Assembly: GCA_030141605.1 (NCBI GenBank)
Contig: JAQGDQ010002373.1
Location: forward strand, 157,921 to 221,920
Direction of reading: 5' to 3'
Source: Tubiluchus corallicola
Lineage: Eukaryota > Animalia > Priapulida
DNA length: 64,000 nucleotides
Part shown: positions 27,205 to 38,500 of the stretch, piece by piece
Layout: each line of letters starts with the position of its first letter
Numbering within the stretch: position 1 is the stretch's first letter
The notes under the pieces: model-generated
What the model saw: only the letters and a program-made list of their open reading frames with translations
The model's database searches: none
What the model was told of the DNA's origin: nothing
Position numbers and translations under genes: made by a program

Positions 27205-27480
27205 AGGTCGGTTGGATAGATAGATGGATAGATAGATAGATAGATAAATAGATGGATTGATGGATGGATGGATGGATGGACGGACGGACGGACGGACGGA
27301 CGGACGGACAGACAGACAGACGGACAGACAGAGAGACAGGCAGGCAGGCAGACAGACAGACAGAGAGACAGGCAGGCAGGCAGACAGACAGACAGGCAAA
27401 CAGACAAACAAACAAATGACAGACAGAGAGACAGATAGCTAAAAAGGTAGATGGACGGGCGGACGGAGAAAGAAACAGAG
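27205..27480. repeat. Compound tetranucleotide microsatellite GATA > GATG > GACG > GACA/GGCA
   Basis: Directly visible. It explains four spurious ORFs. Confidence 0.95.
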
Positions 27481-28114
27481 GCTATACAGAGGTATACAAG
27501 CCTTATGGTCTGATGTGCCGGCTATAACTTGTAAATCACTTTCATTCAAAATCTATAGTATTTCAGTCAGCCAGTTAATCAGTTATATGAAATGCATAGG
27601 AATTTTAAGAAACCTGTAACATATAGGCCACTCGTCGAGTTACGAGCTTATTATCTTGTCGGAATACCGGAAATCTAAAATTAGCAAACTAAGTAATAAA
27701 ACTTTTACTGCTGCCAAGCTTACAAGGTCACAAGGGTTTCACAGGAACCTAAGCCTTAACGTAATGGACCGTTTAGTTTATGTTGTTGCAATTAAAACTA
27801 CGTATAATGCCAATACGTTGCGCGTTGCTTGTATAGCCAAAAGAAATTGCAGTAAATTTCCTGTCTTGCATAAAAGAAAAGAAAAAAATTGCTATAATTT
27901 CTATGTTCATGGTCAAAACGCTAATCACAAATTAACGTTTTGTTTGAGCAAAAAATTCCCAAGACATATATTTTAACCTTCGGGTAAAAAATTTAAGCTG
28001 ACAAAAGCAAAGACAACATTTATTTACGTATTTTATTTACTCATTTATATTTATTTACATGTCTTACAGGTAAAGATGCAGCACATAAATAAGTAATTGT
28101 TACGTTAGCTTTTT

Positions 28115-28405
28115 GTCTCGCGAAGGACGAATAAAAGAGGTTCTGGGGTTTTCTTCTCTAACCGTGTCGTTCAAATGTGGAACTCCCTATCCAGTCCGGT
28201 AAATGATGCACCTTTGGTCACTGCGGGCAGTTCTAAACTTTTCAACATTAGATAGAATTTTGATAAATGGCTTGTGTACGATAGGCGCATGTAAACAGCT
28301 TGTCTCTTTACGTCTCTCCTCACATTCATGTTTTTAATGTTTTATAGTTTGTTTTTTTAATGTATATTTTTATTGAATGTGAAATAAAATAAAATAAAAA
28401 TAAAC
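28115..28405 (+). mobile_element. CR1-type LINE 3' end fragment
   Basis: Translates FFSNRVVQMWNSL, the CR1 ORF2 end motif. It is followed by a UTR and an (AAAAT)n tail at 28381-28403. Confidence 0.65.
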
Positions 28406-28851
28406 AACACATCTTTACTCTAGTCAATTGATAAAGTGTAATATTATTCTGCATGAATTTAAAATCATAGATGCAAAGTTAATCAATCTCTTAGATCTCC
28501 AAATAGGTAAGAAAATTGAAAAATTTGTGGCTACCAATAACCAAATGTTTGCAAAGTATACTTTTATTTTGAGCAAATGTTCTACATTGTGAATTATTTG
28601 CTTAATCAGCTAGGGCATTATTCCATAAACGAACTCTTCGAGGAAACACAAATTATTAATGACTCTTACTGCTATTTTTGAATGCGATCAGCATCGTTAT
28701 AGACAGTTTCTGCTCGTATGTCTCAATCTCTTATCAAAATAATAAATGCTCCAGTAAATCTCTTTAAATAAAGCAAGAAGATTATAGGAGTGATGCATGA
28801 GCTGAAACTCTTGAGGAGGGACAAAAGATGCAGTTGTATGTCACTTCGCTT

Positions 28852-29104
28852 GGGCACAATTCGCCAGTGTATCATTTCGTCAGTCTATCGTTTAGCCAGC
28901 CTATCATCCGTCAGTCTATTCTTTCGCCAGGATTATTTAAATATTTACAGCGCTATCTCTAATATCACCTGGCGAAATGGCACAGTGGTGAAATGATGCA
29001 CTAGCGAAATGCTGCGCTGGCGAAGTGCAGTACTATTTAAATGCTTACTTTACTATTTCTAACTACAACTGGCGAAATGCTAACTGGCGGAATGGGTGAT
29101 TACC
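28852..29104. mobile_element. Foldback-like MITE with modular inverted arms
   Basis: The left arm has about 5 TTTCGCCAG-like units at ~17-bp spacing. The right arm has about 6 complementary CTGGCGAAAT-like units. Confidence 0.6.
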
Positions 29105-29630
29105 ATAAAAACGAAGCTGATTGGCATTTACAACGTTCAGACTTTAAATGAGAGTGCTTAAGACGTATTGGTCAATTACAATCATCTCTTACATAGAATT
29201 AATTTAACAAAATGTAATAAAACTGCAAATTTAAGCAGAATCCGATACAGTCAGAATTTTGTCAAGAGTTTGTCAGAATTTAAAACCTAACGAATCTAAT
29301 GAATGCATCAGCAAAACGTAACATGATAAATGAGAAAAGTCTGAAAATAATCACTCTGACTTCTTCTTCTACGAGTGAAAGTGCAAAAGAAGTTTTTGAA
29401 TGTCTGCATTTCACCATTTTTTTCATTTGGATATTTTGCAAGCCGGCGTCCTGCATTCATCAGCAGTGACTACTTACCGTGGCGCTTATGGCGGTACCCA
29501 AATCAATCTAGTTTATTAAAATTGAGGTAGACACTGAACCTACAAAATTACTTAGCCCACTTTGAAAATTTGTAAGCATCTAACGTCAACGGATCCTAGG
29601 ATAGTGTTGTGTTTTAAGATGTTTGTAAAG

Positions 29631-29955
29631 CAGGGGATCTTTTCTATGCAGTATACAGACCCCTAATGTTTGATTAAACGACTTTTCAAAAATGATATCA
29701 TATTAGTATTGAACCACATATAGCATTGCACTTGAGCAATCACAATTATTACTTTAAAATTCAATTACTATATTCCTTTGTTCTTGTTTCAACTTTCTTG
29801 AAATTTGATGAGTAGGTGATAAATCGACAGCAACCATTTCAATAGGTAATAACATAAACAAAAACAAATAAAAAAAACAAGTCATATAACCTATATTTCT
29901 ACCACTCCCTGAAAAGCTATATTGTGTTCCCTGGGACCCAGGTTGGGAACCCCTA
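29631..29955. mobile_element. Degenerate hAT (Charlie-like) MITE
   Basis: Left end CAGGGGAT..., right end CCCAGGTTGGGAACCCCT. Confidence 0.4.
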
Positions 29956-30449
29956 CTGCAAAGAAGTAATTCAATGCTTTATTGTCAATAAATTTTATAT
30001 GTGCAGCGTGATTATAATACAGAATACTATATTCTCTTTATACGCGCAGCGTGATTATAATACAGATTACTATATTCTCTTTTATCGCTTTTGCAGGCGA
30101 AGAAGACAAAAACCTCACAGTAGTTTCTCTCGATATTGTCTCACACGAGAGATGAGTGACCCACCTAAACTATGGATGAATTTAAATGGAATACACGTGA
30201 AGACGATATTTCTCGCATCACGTCAAGAATTTTCATAGCCACAGAGGATAAAAAAGCTTAACAAGTGCCTAATAATGCATTCAAATATCATATGTGAGAA
30301 GTACACCAAAGCTCGCCCAAATAGGTTCTACTGAATTATTTTATTCTGATCTAGCGACAATTTGGCTGCATTCAGACTATCTTAAATGATTTTTCATATC
30401 AGTAGAACTAGCAGCAGCAGTTGAAAAGGAAACGACAACAATTGCAGAA

Positions 30450-33400
30450 ATGCAGAAATCGCCGAAACCAACAGATTCCAAGATCGTAGTATTCGGAAAG
30501 ACGGGTGTAGGAAAATCAGGTACGGAAAATCAGGTTGCAAAATGTCGTGTTATTTTTCATTTCGGCAATCGGCAATTAAGAAATGCAGCTAAATTCTACT
30601 TACAACGGCATAGATACAAACGTAGCTAAAGTGGAGGTAATAGATTATAGATGTAGATGTACATGAAGATGTAGATGCAGATGTAGATACAGAAATAGAT
30701 ACAGATACAGATACAGATACATATATAGATATAGATATGTCTTATATCTTCACAAGTCACAATGAGAGCTATTTTAAGGTTTGTCCAATTAACATTTTGA
30801 TTTTACGACACTTAAACAAATTCAAAACGAAAGATGTTTCTGTTTCATAATTACCCGAAATAATCTAAACATTTCTAAATTAATTATCTATATTTATTAT
30901 TGGACTAACAGATGTGCAGGGTGGTATGTAAGCAAGTTTTTGCTAGGGGATACAAAACGGATAACAGTACAGAACATTTTTTACACTAATATGCTGCTCG
31001 AACAACAGCGAAGCTATCATGCCCTGAAAATTTGGTGTGAAAGCTTCGTATACGTCTCGCAGTCTTGAGGGGTATTGTTGGAGCAATGACATAAAAAATA
31101 AAGATCCTCTGAAACATCTTGCAGATGTCTCACAAGCTTATATGTTAAATATCACCAACGGCAGATTTGTTATCATCTTAGCGCCCTCTATATCGTTCAG
31201 GATAGCTCCGACGTGTTTGGCAGGGTTGCCGTCTGGTAATTTCCATCTCATTCGGTTCATGCGAAGGATTTTCACACTAAACTTTGAAGCCATGATAAAT
31301 TCTCTATTGTTTCATCAAACCTTTGATATAATAAATTGTTCTGTGGTACTACTCGTTCTTACCCTAGGAAAAGGTTATGTACCACTTATTTGTAAATAAG
31401 GAAAACAGTGGTAATTAGTTGACAATATTTCAGAAGCCGAGGATTTTGCAAATAATATAGGCAGTAGTTACAGAATCTGATATTGAAAGGACGCCAGCCT
31501 TTTCGTTGAAAGTTCTTTTTTGCTTTATTGAATTCGCTTTGGTTAAATGCATAGGAACTGGCTTCATAATGAAATGGCAACTTGTAACATTTCAACCCGT
31601 GATCCAGGGGTCAGAGGTCAACCAATCTCGGTATGACTTATGCCATTCAGTTTGTTTCGTTGAGACCTTTCATTTGATGTACTACAAACTAGTTTCGGTT
31701 GACACTGGAAGGCATTTGTCTCCTCAACCCCTATTTTATCCCCTAAAAAGGTCACAGGCTAACTATTCTCATTGTAACATATACCATGCAATTCGTCTCA
31801 TCGAGGCTTTGCATTTGATATGTTACATACACTATTCCTAGATACCCGATGGATTCTGTCCCAGACCCTCATTTTTCGGTTTTTGTCCACTACTGGGGTC
31901 AGAGATCAACTAATTTCTGCGTAACTATTACCATTCAATTTGTCTCATCGAGACATTTCATATATACGATTAATTCGTCTCATCTCTTCGAGGCCTTTCA
32001 TTTGAAATGCTACAAGGTATTCGATTCCTAGACACTTGGTGCACATTCTGTTCCCGACCCACATTTTTCGATTTTTGCCTCCTAGCGGAAAATTTTCCCC
32101 TCCAAATGACCCATATTCTGCCATACCCAAAAACGTGGCCCCACCTGACCACATACCCAAGAATCTGGCCCTAGCTCAAAAATTAGAGGAACAGATGGAT
32201 CCTGATGAAAAGTTAATAAAGACCCGCCCCCTCTTTCACCCTTCACTGGAGGTCAGAGGTCAACACAGTGTTGTCATTCCCCCACCCTGTGAATTTTGTG
32301 ATCTTAGAGTTTGCAGAGTATAAATAACAATAATAACCAGTGCACGTTTTTGACTGTACTGTGGTGACATTCCGCTTCTGTGACAGGAGAAGCTTCACAT
32401 GACGACCTTTGTTTTGTATTTACAAATAAAAATTGTTTTCAAAATAAATAACAACTGTATGTTGTTAATTGTATGAAATCTGTTTGATTCCGATTAACAG
32501 TTTCAATGAAATCCGAGCTTGTCACTTTTTGACCAGTGACCAGTAGGTCAAGACTCAACTAAATACGGGTCAAAATACACCATTCGATTCGTCTCATCAA
32601 GACCTTTCATTTGCTGTACTACAACCTACTGATGCTCGATATATGAAGCATTTGTATCATTTCCACGAAAGTTCACTTTTTGTCCTCTAGTGGGGTCAGT
32701 GGTTGACCAGTCTAGGCTTAGGTCATAACATTCAATTCGTCTCACCGAGACCTTTCATTTGAAATATTATAAGACAGTAAAACCTGTATTTCCACTTTCC
32801 TATGACCTCGGGGTCAAGGTCAACAAGTTAGGGGCGTAACTTATACTACTCAATTAGTCTCGTTCATACCTTTCATTTGATGTACTATAAGCTACTGTTA
32901 CTTGACACTGGAAGCATCGGTGTTCCAACCTGCGATTTCGGTTTTTGTCCAGGTCAGGGATCAACCAACATCAGCGAAACTTACACCATTCGATTTGTCT
33001 CATCGAAACATTTCATTTGATATATTACGCGTTACTGTTCCTCGACACTGGAAGCACTAATGTCCACGACCCCTTCGATTTTGGTTTTTGCCCCTCACCG
33101 AAAAATTCTCTCATACGCAAATGACTCATATGCACAACAACTCGACTCGACACAACAACCTGGCGACATACCAAAAATTGTGGCCCTAGCTCAAAACCTG
33201 TAGGAGGAGATCCAGCCTGACAAAAAAATAAACCCTGCCCGATCCATGACCTTTGACCCGGGGGCGACGGGTTACACATATGCATAACACCCCACCTAGG
33301 AAGTGTTTCTTGTGAGTTTCGTGACCCTAGCCCTGGGCGTGTGTCACGAAACTTCATATGAAGCAAAAAATTACTGATAAGCTCAGTAATGGTGGGCTTT

Positions 33401-35545
33401 TTCCGTGAAGAGCGCAAACAAATTAATTTTAGGCACATTTATTGCTTCCTCGCAAGGATAAGAATCAGGAGGACAAGTCAAAAATAAATTTCACAGCCGA
33501 GCAACAACAATATGCGCTCATAAATGCTTGTCTTCAATAAATTTTTAATCTATATCGATTGTATTTCTAAAGCAAGCTGTAACGCTACACCTTTTTTTCT
33601 GAAATGCAAACGCTTTCGGAGATCCGCCGAGTTTCACGTTTCACCCCATACAACGTTTTCTCGCTTTCAAACAGCTGCATCATTAGAAACATTCTATCAG
33701 AGGCTTAAATTTAAAAAGCAAAAGAAACTGATACAAGCTCTGTCTTACAACTTACAAGACACTCAAAAGTTTGTACACTTATGCACTAATGCAACTTCAG
33801 CCTTCGTGTTTGTCTCTTTCTCCCTATTGCGAAATATAAAATTATTTATCAGCGTGTTTTCGGGGTTTACATATAAACGATAACCCAGCCATAAGGAATT
33901 AGTTCTTATCGCAACATAAACTGTTGATGTTTTGTTCACGCAGTTAATTTGCAAATTTGCAAACAGTTCAACGCTCTATCGTTGTAAAGAAATTTACAGT
34001 TTATGACACGTCACTTAGACGAGTTGTTAAAATCGACTTGGCAAACATGGGAGATGTATTATTGCGTAATAAATAAGTGCAACTTCAATAGGCATGCGGA
34101 AGGTTTTAGTTAGTACATGTAGTAGTAAAATCTTTATTTGTCATAAAACGGATTGCATGAAAGACAACAACTAGTTGTTCTAAAACAAAACACTGGTGAA
34201 GACAAATGCATCCAATGCAAATTAGAAATTAGGAATATCAGAAAAACGTGAGCATCTAAAAACTACAAATGTGCAAAGTGTATAAAATTTTAAGCTAAGC
34301 TAAAAATATGTGAAATATACACAAAGTATTACCGATAGAAAATACACTACAATGATTATTAATACAAAAACTACGACATCAGGGGCACAAACAGTAATTA
34401 CAGATACATCACTACAAATTACACAAAATACTGAAACACAACAACTAGCCACTTAACAGGAAATTAATAAAACTAGATGTTGCACAGGAGACATATACTT
34501 AAAACGGAGTTTTATTTTTAAAATAAAACCATGACTAATTATACTCCATGTTGGTAAAATTAGAAAAATATGAGACAATTTATTAGTGGAGTGGATGGAT
34601 ATAAGCTGCGTTTCTTATTTTTTTAAGCTTGTTTTTGAATACTTCTAATGTATCACTTTCTTTTATGTTTTTGGTAGGTTATTTTGGTAGGTCTATGAGA
34701 CATGATTTCCTTCTTGTACCTTTAAATAATGTAAAACTAGGAATTTTTCTCAGCGATCATACCTGAAGGCACATACTGGAGTTCTTCATTTACCTCTTAC
34801 AGTATTCTCGGTGGAACAGTAACAAAACTCCAATAGAAACCATCTTTGGAGCGACGCGGGTGCCCGACTACTTGCATGTGGCGAATAAATTCTGCTGCCG
34901 CTACAACTACCAGCATCACCACCACCACCACCACTACTACCACTACCACCACCACCATCACCACCACTACCACCACCACTTGAATTCACTTGTGCTGCTT
35001 GAGAATTTTTCTTCGCCATTGGAATATCTGAGACGTTTCCAAGACAAAACTCGCTTCCTGACAAGTGACAACCCATTAGAAACCTCAGTGAACGCAATCG
35101 AATTGATAACAGTCGTTTTACAGTTCTTTGAACCTTGCAGTTCAAGATTATATATATTAGAAGACGGCTAATAAAATCAGCAGTATTTTCCGAACGTCAA
35201 CACAGAATGACACTTGTAAACCTTAGCTAGATTAATTAAGGCAGGAAGAATGTGGTATGATTCATCGATGAAAAACCACACCGAGTGATGGTATAACAAG
35301 TGTAACTTAACGAAAACTGGCTTCTTTCCATTATTGTTTGCTCCAAGTTAGTCTAATAAGCGTTTCAAGCCGAGCATGTAATTCAATGAGCTGTGTGAAA
35401 CATAATCGAAAAAAGCTCTGCTCTATAGTTAGCTTCAACTCTCAAGGTTGGTTATCACGTTAGAAGAGTTCCAAGGAAAATCGTGCTGCAAACGAATCCT
35501 GTTGAAAATAAAATAAAATAAAATAAGATAAGATAAGATAAGATA

Positions 35546-35577
<32 letters not shown>

Positions 35578-38500
35578 ATGAGATGAGATGAGATGAGATG
35601 AGATGAGATGAGATGAGATGAGATGAGATGAGATGAGATGAAATGAAATGAAATGAAATAAAATAAAATAAAGATGTCTCAACGCAAACAGTGTTAATTT
35701 AAAAAATGTTTGGCTCTGCTACCAGATAGCTTAAGATTTGTAGGCACACTAAGCACAATTTCAGGATGCCAGCAACAGGGCCGGATTATCCTATAGACTA
35801 GTATAGGTTGCAGCCTAAGGCTCCTCAAGCTTGGGGACCTTCAAGCTTTTTTAACATTTGGTAAAAAAAAATCTGTTTTTCACTGCGGTTGTGTTGCAAT
35901 ATCTCCTAACTTAGTTTACAATACATAGTAACATAATGATATTTCTTAAAGAATATCTTTATTGACAAACAAAATCAGCTATTCTAGTTTATTTAAAGAA
36001 TTTGCAATAAGTTCACTTCAAGCTGTATAAATGTCGCTAAAATGTATCAAGACGGGTGCGGGCGAGATAGAGAGCGGCTCCGTCTGAGGAGGGCCCATAA
36101 TTTCATTAACCTAGGGGCCCCAAAAGGACATAATCTTGCCCTGTAGGAACGTCATCTAATAACAGACAAGAAAGGGTCAAATTTGATGGTATCGTGGCTT
36201 TATAACCAGTTATTACTTAATTATTACAAGAATGTTTCCTATTAAGACTTTTGAATAAAAAAATTGTTCATACAAGCTACGGTTGTAGAATTTAACAGCC
36301 AAAAACCTGCGAAGTTTTGAGCTGAGCTAGACAAGAGTAGATGAGATGCGCAAAAGATAATATACGTAATAGGTGATACATAATAGGTAATAGATAATAT
36401 ACGTAATAGGTGATATACGTGATAGATGAATGATGACCATGGTCTATTATATCATATTAGCATGTTTCGTTTCTATTATAGTAGTTTATCAATAAGATAT
36501 GTATTATTATTATCTTCACTCATCCATAGATAAAATTTCTTACAAAAACCTAATTTAGCGTTAGTTACAGACTTAGAATTGGCTCTTAGCCAGAAAGATA
36601 CATGATACTAAAGAGTAGCAAGAAATGATTATATTTAGAACGTTTAGTTACTTGCCTCGTGCATCTAAAAATTCTGCATCTGTAACTAAATTGGATGTTT
36701 TTACCTTCCATAATCACATATCATCAACCAGAGTAATATAATCCACTAACGTTCACTTTCTCGAATTTTGCTAGGTCGTTCAAATATAGAGCCGTGCTTT
36801 GCATTTTGTTAGGAAGCCATTTCCGACTTCTCCCTTTCAATTTCCATTTCATTATCCAGGATAAAACGTCTACGGAAAACGACAATACCGTTCAAACAAC
36901 GTTGGCGTATCTGAATTTTCAACCAACATTTGTCAACGCGTGTCTTCTACTCGACATGTTTAAGACAGTTTTCTCCTTGTTAAATCCAAAACCGAAGTTG
37001 TCTTACAAGTGAGAAGGTTGTTTTGGAGGATGGTTACATTGCTAATGCAAAGAGAAGGGTGCTGCTCACTTACACGCCCTTATCATTTACCTGCTCTCGA
37101 CATTTCGTGTAATCCTACGTGACCTTTAAGAACAACCTAATACAAACAAGCATTTTAGCAAAATTCAATTTAACAAATTAGGTACTAAAATTGAGACGAC
37201 GTTAATTTAAAAAAAAACCCAGGAAGAAGAGCATCTCTCAAAACTTGTGAGTTAATGAGTTTGAAACTGATCCTGAATTAAATGTACGTAGAGGACGGCA
37301 TAGATAGATACCAGGCAATGATCTATAGATTACATTGCTTTGAATTAGAACAGAACGGATTGTAGTGGACTGGAAGTGCGCTATACTGGACTGGACTGGC
37401 CTCGAGCTATATATATACTTTATTTATTTTGAGTGGATTTACAACACAGTAACTATTGCTGATCACAGTATTTCTACTATGTGCAGTTAAGAAATATACA
37501 ATTAATTAGTTAGAGTATGTAATAACTCAAAATAGTTAATTCAAAAATGCGACTAGCTCATTAGTTAATACTTAATTAAATTTACAAAACCCATACAATA
37601 GATACGATAACAGAAACGATTCTCGATGTATAAGCCTATAAGCCCATGAAAAGTACAAGTTGTACATTGTAATGCACAATGTTGCTACAGAATTCAGAAA
37701 TCCAATACATGTGGAATTAATACAATTAGTGTAGTATTACAGTTACTACAACAGTACATATGGTTGATTCTAGCATAAGTTGTTTATTAATGAGTACTTG
37801 ATTGAAAGACAGTCTACATAATAACTTAAAATACAATTATACGTACAATCAGTTAACAAAACGTTTAGTGGACTTTTTGTAGTTCGGCAACAATTTGGAT
37901 GGATGACCTGATCTGAGTTTATAAAAAATGTCCTTGTACATAATAGCAGGTCTAGATTTGGCGTGTAATTCTTGAGTTATGTGATGATAATAACAGAGTC
38001 AATAATAGTGTTGTGTGTATGTCATAGTTTGCGCGAAAACATAATGGCGAGGGCTTTCAGTCGAATTGTTGTAGCTACATGAACGGTCATCATCGATAAT
38101 ATTCCTGAAAAACAAATCACCTTTTAATTGCGAAAAATTAGCAATGAATCTATTTGTTGAAATTTCATTACTTCGATCTTCATTATAATTGGGGCATACT
38201 CGTTTAGTACGAACTCCCCATAGGTTCAAGAATCTACTTTTAAAAGCAAATGGAGAAAGGAAGGCCTGTCTGCTTTCAATTGGTAAACTATTCCATGGGC
38301 GGATGCCTTTTTGGAAAAAAACTATTATACAAATGTCGTGTAGGCAATAAAAAATGGGTCACGTAGAGCATAGTGATTGTTGGGACGAAGCTCATGTAAT
38401 TTTCTATCAAGTATTGAGGAGCTTGATTATAATATATTTTTTGGATTATTCAAACGGTTTAAAGTTCACTCCTCTAAAAAAGTTAACGTAATTTTAGTTA

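Noticed and set aside
27164-27442. Four overlapping ORFs
   Set aside because: Translations of a tetranucleotide microsatellite.
31585-33100. CRISPR-like repeat-spacer array
   Set aside because: The apparent spacers are homologous to each other (shared GGGGTCA.AGGTCAAC and gacactggaagca words), so this is a diverged tandem repeat.
34786-35171. His-rich or Gly-rich ORFs; possible hAT transposase (SRWNS)
   Set aside because: Driven by a CCA repeat. The single motif resemblance is not backed by other transposase motifs.
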